Under the pieces are notes generated by a model. It was not told the origin of the DNA, did no database searches, and saw nothing but the letters and a program-made list of their open reading frames with translations. This document shows positions 57,079-64,000 of a stretch of DNA of 64,000 bases, in pieces (position 1 is the first letter of the stretch; every line of letters begins with the position of its first letter). A program made the translations under genes and the position numbers. Source of the DNA: Nitrosopumilus sp. (lineage in GTDB: Archaea > Thermoproteota > Nitrososphaeria > Nitrososphaerales > Nitrosopumilaceae); NCBI GenBank assembly GCA_965203315.1, contig OZ241857.1:288001-352000 (forward strand). Direction: 5' to 3'.

Positions 57079-59167
57079 TTTGATTTACCTCGAGAATTCT
57101 TGTGTTATCAGCAACATCTCCTTGATCTTTATATGTTTCTAATACATATTCCTTCCATATGCTTCTATTTTCCATTAGTATTTTTCGAACTGATGGTAAC
57201 TCTTCCCCTTCTATTTGTTTTTTAGCAACTCCAGTGTATTCTTGATCTTGTACCAATAACGTAATTTGAGTTTGTGGTAAAAATTTTGGTAAATTTTTTG
57301 CTATATCTATTCTTTCAGTCTGAGAAATATTATGTAATGGAGAGTCAATCATCATAAAATAGTCTCTTCCAGATATTTCACGAATTGCAGCAATATATGA
57401 CAGTGCTAAACAACAACTTTGTCCTGCCGAAAGATCTTTACTCTTCAGATCGTGATCGAGAACCACTGTAGAATAGTTTGGCTTAATTTCAACTTCTAAA
57501 AAGTCTTCTCTATTGACTAACCGTTTAAAATATTCTGTAGTTTTGATAGATACTGTATCACGAAATTCATTTATTAGATCATCATAAATTCTTCCAAATA
57601 TTTTGGATAACGTATTCGCAAGATCTATTCTATTGTTGTATGAAGAATATTTTTTGTTTTGTTCTATCTCTTTCTTTCGCTCAGCATACATTTCGTTACA
57701 TTTTTCTTGAGCTATTTGTAATTCTCTCTCTGCAAGAGCGATTTCACGATCACAGTTAGATTTTTTCTCATCTATCTCACGTAACTCATGTGCATATCTT
57801 CGTACCTCATCTTGATCATGCTCTGCTAGTTTTTGAATAATTGTTTTTTCTTCACTACGTTTTAATTCAATATTTTTATCATATTCATCTCTCTCTGATT
57901 TTAATTTTTTAAAATTGGTAATTAGTGTATCTTGATCTAGTTCGTCTAGGATATCTTGCCATAGCCCACGACCACTAGATATATCTTGGATAACAGTAGA
58001 TTCAATTAGGTTCTTTCCTAATAATTCTTCAAGTTGCTCTCTTTCTTTACTTCCGACCGTCAAGCCTGTACCACATATACAGCGTGGCGGTTCCGTATCT
58101 AAAATTCTTTTTAATGTTTGACTACTAACTGCTAACGGAATTTGGCCCTCACTCTCCCATAAAACACATTTATCTATACTTATTTTTATAGATCTTTGTA
58201 ATCTAATTAGGGTATTATACATTAGTAACCAATTATGAAAATCTTCAGAATGTTTGTTTTTAATCTTTCTCATCTGCTTGATGTCTTCTTTCAATTCTTT
58301 AAGTCTTGCTTGCATATCGTTTATTGCGGTTTGGTCATGACTTCTCAAATAATTTAGTAATTCATCTCTACGCTCTTCATATGATTTTTTGTCTATGGTT
58401 TTTTTGTTAATAACAGCTTCTCTACGCTCAATTGTTTTTTCATAATTAAGAATATGATCATTTATGGAACTGGTTTTAACGTCTTTAATATCGCTTGCTA
58501 TCTCTTTTGATATTTTCTTAATGTTGTCTCGGGTTTTTTCTACAATTGGTAATCCTGATATCTTTTCTATGCCATTTTTAACATGTATTTCATCCTCATC
58601 TTCAAAAAACTCATTTAGCAACTCTGCGTCAAAGAGAAAATAAGATGCGAGTGAACTCGGAAATAAATTTTCAATGTACCCTTTTACACTAGTGATATCT
58701 GTTTTTACATCCCAATCCATATTTTTTAGTAAATGTTGTAGTTCTACATTGTTTTCACATTTTATGCCTTCCGAAATTGTCCCATCAACATCTAAACTTT
58801 TTTTAAGTTCTGATGATTCATGTGTTTTTGTAAATTTAATTGATCTTTTGACAATATAACTTAATTGATCTTTTTCATACAAACTTACTTCAACTGTCGA
58901 TTCATCAGAATCTCCAACATCTAGCTTTGCAATTGCGTTATTGTTTATTATATTCTCATCACTAGAAACGCTGTGTGGTCTAGACTTTCCATACAAACAC
59001 CAATAAACTGCTCCAAGCAAGGTTGTTTTCCCCTTACCCATCTCTCCATGTATAATAGTGATTGTTTTTTCGTTATCACGAGAAAGATCAATAGATTGAT
59101 CTTTGTATGATTTATAATTATGTAGAACAATCCTGCCTATTTGGATATTGTTTTTAATTTTACTCAT
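57071..59167 (-). CDS. DndD/PbeC-like SMC-family ATPase with a CxC hook
   Basis: Walker A GEMGKGKTT, YFLFDAE, coiled coils around CICG, signature LSAGQ, Walker B MMIDSP. Confidence 0.88.
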   Translation of the reverse strand: MSKIKNNIQIGRIVLHNYKSYKDQSIDLSRDNEKTITIIHGEMGKGKTTLLGAVYWCLYGKSRPHSVSSDENIINNNAIAKLDVGDSDESTVEVSLYEKDQLSYIVKRSIKFTKTHESSELKKSLDVDGTISEGIKCENNVELQHLLKNMDWDVKTDITSVKGYIENLFPSSLASYFLFDAELLNEFFEDEDEIHVKNGIEKISGLPIVEKTRDNIKKISKEIASDIKDVKTSSINDHILNYEKTIERREAVINKKTIDKKSYEERRDELLNYLRSHDQTAINDMQARLKELKEDIKQMRKIKNKHSEDFHNWLLMYNTLIRLQRSIKISIDKCVLWESEGQIPLAVSSQTLKRILDTEPPRCICGTGLTVGSKEREQLEELLGKNLIESTVIQDISSGRGLWQDILDELDQDTLITNFKKLKSERDEYDKNIELKRSEEKTIIQKLAEHDQDEVRRYAHELREIDEKKSNCDREIALAERELQIAQEKCNEMYAERKKEIEQNKKYSSYNNRIDLANTLSKIFGRIYDDLINEFRDTVSIKTTEYFKRLVNREDFLEVEIKPNYSTVVLDHDLKSKDLSAGQSCCLALSYIAAIREISGRDYFMMIDSPLHNISQTERIDIAKNLPKFLPQTQITLLVQDQEYTGVAKKQIEGEELPSVRKILMENRSIWKEYVLETYKDQGDVADNTRILEVNQNG

Positions 59168-59369
59168 AGTCCGCACTAAACCTCTTTACTTCTTCATCAT
59201 CAGCATATTTCTCTAAGATTTTTTTATATGGGACTTTAAAATTTTTTGAACTGCCTGATGATGTATTCAACTCATCCTGCATTTCAAGAAATTCGATCAG
59301 AATTTTTTTAATCTTGTCTGGAACATTCAATTTGTTGATCTTGTCGATGATCCATGGATTTACAACCAT
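59160..59369 (-). CDS. Small protein coupled to the SMC ATPase (PbeB-like position)
   Basis: 69-aa helical ORF (MVVNPWII...) overlapping the ATPase start; TTTAAA box ~25 bp upstream. Confidence 0.55.
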   Translation of the reverse strand: MVVNPWIIDKINKLNVPDKIKKILIEFLEMQDELNTSSGSSKNFKVPYKKILEKYADDEEVKRFSADYE

Positions 59370-59595
59370 GTTGATATGGGTAAATTTGGGCTTTAAAAGC
59401 ATATGTGATGATCCTCCATAGATTGCTCGTTTGTTCCTATTATGCCTCATCGCGTATTCTTGATTCTTGTCGTGGGTGTCTTTTGATGAGGTAGCCATAT
59501 TTCGGAAGCAAAAATTAAGAGTCATTATTGTTTACGCATATTTTGACAATTTAAAACAACTATGATTTAAAATAACTTTGTTCAGAGTAGACGTA

Positions 59596-60682
59596 TAGTG
59601 CTCGGAATAAGTAATTTCACGTTACTATCTCTCTGTGGAAATACTTTAAAATATCCAGATTGTGTTGTGTGTTTGCTAGATAATCCAAGACTGCGGCTTC
59701 CATATCTTCAAATGTCTCATAATATATGCCAACTTTGATCTTTCTTTTTAGTTGATGCCAATACTCTTCGATTGCATTAAGTTCTGGTACTGCTGTTGGC
59801 AGAAACAGCAACTCGAGACCTATTTTTTTGGCATGTGCTATAATTTTTGGTGATGTATGCCACGGCGCCTGATCTAATATCCAACCTGATTTTTTGTATC
59901 TTTTAACAAAACCATCCATGAATTCCATCATCGATTGGTTATTTGCTCTCTCATGTAGTTCAAAGTATTGTTCTCCATTCTCCCCTATTGCTCCAAAGAT
60001 TACTATTTTTTTGCCAGAGTTCGTAGTGGGCACAAATATTGATATTCCTCGTTCTGACCAAAATACTCTGCCTTTGAGAGTTGCGCGACTTATTGTTGAC
60101 TGATCCATAGAAAATATAGTGTAACCACGTTTTCTTAGACGTGAAATCTCTTTAGAACGTGCTCTTTGTACTTTCTTTATCTCTTTGGTTGTAGCTCGAT
60201 GAGCATAAGATATTTGAGCAACTTTGGGAGACCAATTAAACTTTCTCATTCTGTACCGTAAACTATCTCCATGATACTCTACGCCTGTCTTTTCTTTGAC
60301 TATGTTTTTCATCTCTAATGGAAATGTAGGCTCTTGTTCCTTCATCAACTTTTTGAGTGTTTCATCTGATACTTTTGGCGGTCTTCCAGAACGAGGCTGG
60401 TCTTCTAGACCTACAATTCCATTTTTTTCGTATCGTGCAATCCAATAGTACACTGTACTTTCAGTAACTTCGAAAACTTCTGCGACTTGTCCCCTCGTAT
60501 ATCCATTCACAAGGACCATCTTTACAGCTGCACTCTTGGTTTGTACGTGCCCTAACTTTCTATCTTTGCAGGCCTGAGAAAGATCTTTGTACTTTTTGTT
60601 CATGTTACTAGTAGAAACATACAAGTTCATAAATTATAATGTCAAAAAAATTTGACCATGAAATTACTTATTGCGAACACTA
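59596..60682 (-). mobile_element. IS630-family element
   Basis: IRs TAGTGCTCGGAATAAGTAATTTCA / TGAAATTACTTATTGCGAACACTA; TA duplication on both sides. Confidence 0.9.
59617..60630 (-). CDS. IS630 transposase
   Basis: HTH, RSGRPPK, MDQS, LDQAPWH, PELNAIEEYW. Confidence 0.92.
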   Translation of the reverse strand: MNLYVSTSNMNKKYKDLSQACKDRKLGHVQTKSAAVKMVLVNGYTRGQVAEVFEVTESTVYYWIARYEKNGIVGLEDQPRSGRPPKVSDETLKKLMKEQEPTFPLEMKNIVKEKTGVEYHGDSLRYRMRKFNWSPKVAQISYAHRATTKEIKKVQRARSKEISRLRKRGYTIFSMDQSTISRATLKGRVFWSERGISIFVPTTNSGKKIVIFGAIGENGEQYFELHERANNQSMMEFMDGFVKRYKKSGWILDQAPWHTSPKIIAHAKKIGLELLFLPTAVPELNAIEEYWHQLKRKIKVGIYYETFEDMEAAVLDYLANTQHNLDILKYFHREIVT

Positions 60683-60693
60683 TATGCACATTA

Positions 60694-62757
60694 CTATGGT
60701 ATTTTGAATTTGCGCTTTAATTCTTCAATTTCTTTCATGCAATCATCTTTGTTAATAGCAATTTTGGCCATATACTCTTGACGTTTTAATTGAGACTCAG
60801 CAATTCTACGTTCTATCCGAATTTCTTCTTCAGTATATTTTTCTGAAATATTCGGAATCACCAATATGTCGTAGATCTGAGCATGATCCTTCGTGGTTCC
60901 ATCTCTGTATCTTCTGTTAAACTTACGAAGTACTCTACCTCTTCTTTGAATAAACTGTTTTGGGTTTCCAGTACTAGCTAATAAAATACAGCTTTTTGCA
61001 GAAGGGATATCTGCTCCTTCATCAAGTACTTTGTTGGCAACAATCGCACGATACAGGCCACTACCAAATTTTTCTATTAATGGAATTCTATCAGCTGGAT
61101 TTTTTGGATTTTTTGCAGTGATTTCACAGTTTGGATGACCATGATTTGTTAATATACTTTTAACAGACTGAATTTGAGATTCAGAACAATAAATTAGAAG
61201 GTGCATTATGTTGCAATTATTATTTTTTACCCATTTTGAAAATGTTTTTATTTTATTTTGGGCATCACGAATTACACGTGCTCGATTGTTCAATACAACT
61301 TCTAATGACAATTTATCTTCATGTTTTTTTGAGTTCCATAATCTTGCTATTGTTTTAGTTAGATCGATATATTTTTCATATTCTTCATCAGTCAAATCTA
61401 CGTATATTGGATAATAATAGTATTCAACAAGAAACTTTGGTATTGCAGTTGCTAAATCTAACGAATACACAGTACCCTTAAAAAAATCACTAATGAGTCT
61501 TGTTCCATCTGGATCAAAATATCTTTCAAGCGTTGCTGAAAGACCTAAACGATAGTCATATGCTTGATTGAGGCCAGATCGATATGTATATGACCCAGCA
61601 TTGTGGACTTCATCCGCAATTAAAAGTTTTGGGACATCTGTTCTTTCAATTTTTTTAATAAATTTATCTGTTGAGAATGTTTTATAAGTTGTAATCGTTA
61701 TCGAAACGCTTTTAGATTTCTGTAAATCTATAGTTGCAAGCCGTCCATCTAGATGCATGGCCCAGTTTCGATCATTTGATGTTATGTTTGATTCATATCC
61801 CCACTTTTCAAGTTCAGATTGCCATTGTCGCTCCAAATTATTTGACGGGCATACAATAATTACAACTAGTCCGTTATTTAGTTTCTTACGAATCTCATTA
61901 ATGCAACCTATTGCTGTAAATGTCTTTCCTGTACCTGTGGCCATCTCGAATATGCCACAATAATCATTTTCAATCCAATTATTTAGTGCGTCTATTTGAT
62001 ATTGTCTCAATTGAGGTAAATTATGGAGCTTTATTTCAGATTTAGATTTTGGGGCAATTTCAATTAAATGATTTTTTACTGCTAATGGTAATGGTAAAGT
62101 TTTAATACGCAAATCTGAGTTAATTTGTCCCCCCTCCCAATATTTAGAAAATTCTGAAAAATCAACATCTAAATATTTTCGTTCACTCATATCCCAGCTT
62201 CTGTATACTCTGAATCTATAAAAATTCCCTAATATTTTATCACTAAAATCCACATTACCTGAAAATGATATTGAGTGATGATCGGCATCCCAAAATATCC
62301 CAACTTTATTCTTAAAAATTGAGCTATTTTCCAGTAACTCATAATCAGCTATTGATCCATTATGATGTACCGGTACTATTATTTTTATTTCCAAATTATT
62401 GTTGGCAATCATCCACGCAAGTGCTTTTACGTGATCTTTTACAAACTTTTCTTGAATCTGAGAAAAATCTTTTATCCATTTCTCTGAAATAATACTGTCG
62501 GCATCATTTATGCCAGAATTAATTGAGTTAATATCTTGTTCACTAAATTCTGGTAACAAAACCAATTTCATTAACCCATCATTTTGAATAAAGCCTTGCA
62601 TACCTTCAGCACATATTGCAAAATTTTTAGATGAAAACTTACCACCAAATCTAGAATAGAGTTTTGAAATTTTAAGAACTTTATTAAAAAAATCACCGTA
62701 AATATCGTCCTGTATGGAGTCATATTCTGGTTTTAAATTAAGATTACGAAAGCTCAT
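60694..62757 (-). CDS. PLD-like domain plus SF2 DEAD/DEAH helicase (PbeA / dnd-associated restriction helicase-like)
   Basis: LRQYQ, MATGTGKT, DEVH, LSAT, LDEGADIP, QRRGRVLR; N-terminal FKNKVGIFWD...FSGN as a degenerate HKD motif. Confidence 0.88.
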   Translation of the reverse strand: MSFRNLNLKPEYDSIQDDIYGDFFNKVLKISKLYSRFGGKFSSKNFAICAEGMQGFIQNDGLMKLVLLPEFSEQDINSINSGINDADSIISEKWIKDFSQIQEKFVKDHVKALAWMIANNNLEIKIIVPVHHNGSIADYELLENSSIFKNKVGIFWDADHHSISFSGNVDFSDKILGNFYRFRVYRSWDMSERKYLDVDFSEFSKYWEGGQINSDLRIKTLPLPLAVKNHLIEIAPKSKSEIKLHNLPQLRQYQIDALNNWIENDYCGIFEMATGTGKTFTAIGCINEIRKKLNNGLVVIIVCPSNNLERQWQSELEKWGYESNITSNDRNWAMHLDGRLATIDLQKSKSVSITITTYKTFSTDKFIKKIERTDVPKLLIADEVHNAGSYTYRSGLNQAYDYRLGLSATLERYFDPDGTRLISDFFKGTVYSLDLATAIPKFLVEYYYYPIYVDLTDEEYEKYIDLTKTIARLWNSKKHEDKLSLEVVLNNRARVIRDAQNKIKTFSKWVKNNNCNIMHLLIYCSESQIQSVKSILTNHGHPNCEITAKNPKNPADRIPLIEKFGSGLYRAIVANKVLDEGADIPSAKSCILLASTGNPKQFIQRRGRVLRKFNRRYRDGTTKDHAQIYDILVIPNISEKYTEEEIRIERRIAESQLKRQEYMAKIAINKDDCMKEIEELKRKFKIP

Positions 62758-63601
62758 TTTCCCTCATCTCATTCAAATGAAAAAGAATATTTTTTGGATT
62801 TAGTTTATGTTCTTTTACTAAATTGAGTAAACCCACCTTGGCATTATGTTTGTTGATCAATGTTTTTCCATCCATATTAATTCCAATTAGGTTGTAGTCA
62901 AATTCAACATGATGTGTAGGACATAATACAATCATATTATCATAATCATCATCTCCTCCCAATTTCAGTGGACGTAAATGATGAACTTCGCTGTATTTTT
63001 GATCAGGTGACAAATCTATTTGATAATTACAAACTTGACATCTATTACTATAAATTAATTTAAGTTGTTCAACTTTTTTTATATTTCTATCAAACTTTGT
63101 AGTCATTTCTAATTTTTTGTTTGGTGGACCATCACTATTTTCATTTAAATGAATATTATTTGAAATTTTTTGCTCTATGTTAGAATAACGGTCAATTAAA
63201 TAAAGTCCAGATAATGGGGTAGATAAATTAGAATTAATTTTTCTACCCAATACATTAAACGGAATAGATATCTTATCCACATCTGAAAACATTATCAAGT
63301 GATCCATGGATCTTATTCTGGGAGTATCTCCCCATACCTTAACTGATGGTGGTTTATTTATGCTTGTTCTTGTCACGATTCCACACATTGTAAATGGTTG
63401 TTTATACTGCGCAAAGTAGCATCTGTCACCGCTTTGAATTGACTTCCATGTGTTATGAAAAGACATGGATACTGACCATATATTCACAACATCTGACGTT
63501 TTATAAATCTCACTCAGCATTTTCTCATGATGGTTTAAACGAAACTGCCTAAACCGTTCTTCGTCCTTTACACCAACAATAATTGCAAAGCTGTGTGACA
63601 T
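62744..63601 (-). CDS. HNH endonuclease with an N-terminal EVE/PUA-like domain
   Basis: W..IQSGDRCYF N-terminal pattern; CQVC...EVHHLRPLKLGG.D.YDNMIVLCPTHH HNH; 14-nt overlap with the helicase gene. Confidence 0.82.
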   Translation of the reverse strand: MSHSFAIIVGVKDEERFRQFRLNHHEKMLSEIYKTSDVVNIWSVSMSFHNTWKSIQSGDRCYFAQYKQPFTMCGIVTRTSINKPPSVKVWGDTPRIRSMDHLIMFSDVDKISIPFNVLGRKINSNLSTPLSGLYLIDRYSNIEQKISNNIHLNENSDGPPNKKLEMTTKFDRNIKKVEQLKLIYSNRCQVCNYQIDLSPDQKYSEVHHLRPLKLGGDDDYDNMIVLCPTHHVEFDYNLIGINMDGKTLINKHNAKVGLLNLVKEHKLNPKNILFHLNEMRENELS

Positions 63602-64000
63602 GATTAAGTATGCGAATGATTGGTTAAAAACTATGCTAATCCACTAGATCGTATTCGCAATTCAGTTTTGGCCAATATTGGAGTTTGAGTATTTTTGTGT
63701 CACGTGTGTGATTTGGACTATTCCATTTATACTGAGTTTTAATATGTATGCAGATCTATAAATTCACAACATATTGTAAATTTACCTCTAGGATATCAAA
63801 TATTTCGTATAACTTTAATCAATATTCAACTAAACAAAAGATATGCATAATGATGAGAATGTGTTTTAGTTTATGCTAAGATGATCGTGCTAAGTATCAA
63901 GAAAGAGCCGAATTATGAAAGGGTCTACTGTGCAAAATATTATATTTTCTCACACATATACAAACACATGACTCTACCATGCGGTCAAACAGAGATCAGT

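Overview
AT-rich archaeal DNA from a Nitrosopumilaceae-type thaumarchaeote, judged from the 16S/23S rRNA sequence and the core genes. The heavy IS load and a giant secreted S8 protease suggest a host-associated lineage such as a sponge symbiont (inference). Core islands are the 16S-23S operon, tRNA-Asn, cbtAB, an FTR1 iron permease, a hydantoinase/oxoprolinase and Rieske/cytochrome b. They sit among many IS elements (IS110, ISH3, IS481, two IS5/ISL2-type species, IS66, IS630) and at least three MITE families, most with readable inverted repeats (IRs) and several with target-site duplications (TSDs). Main accessory observations: (1) a DUF3800-like RNase H-fold gene flanked by two copies of an ~80-nt structured element with compensatory base changes and its own TATA box, a candidate protein+ncRNA system; (2) four paralogous wHTH-UPF0175 / PIN toxin-antitoxin-like operons in two co-varying subtypes, whose PIN 3' ends are hit repeatedly by unrelated ISs; (3) a 115-bp tandem array related to the upstream region of the neighbouring Fic gene; (4) a PbeABCD/Dnd-like helicase-SMC cluster with an added HNH nuclease and a degenerate PLD motif; (5) a hairpin expansion in 16S helix 26; (6) a dispersed 22-bp palindrome. 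All family assignments come from motif recognition by eye; no database searches were run.
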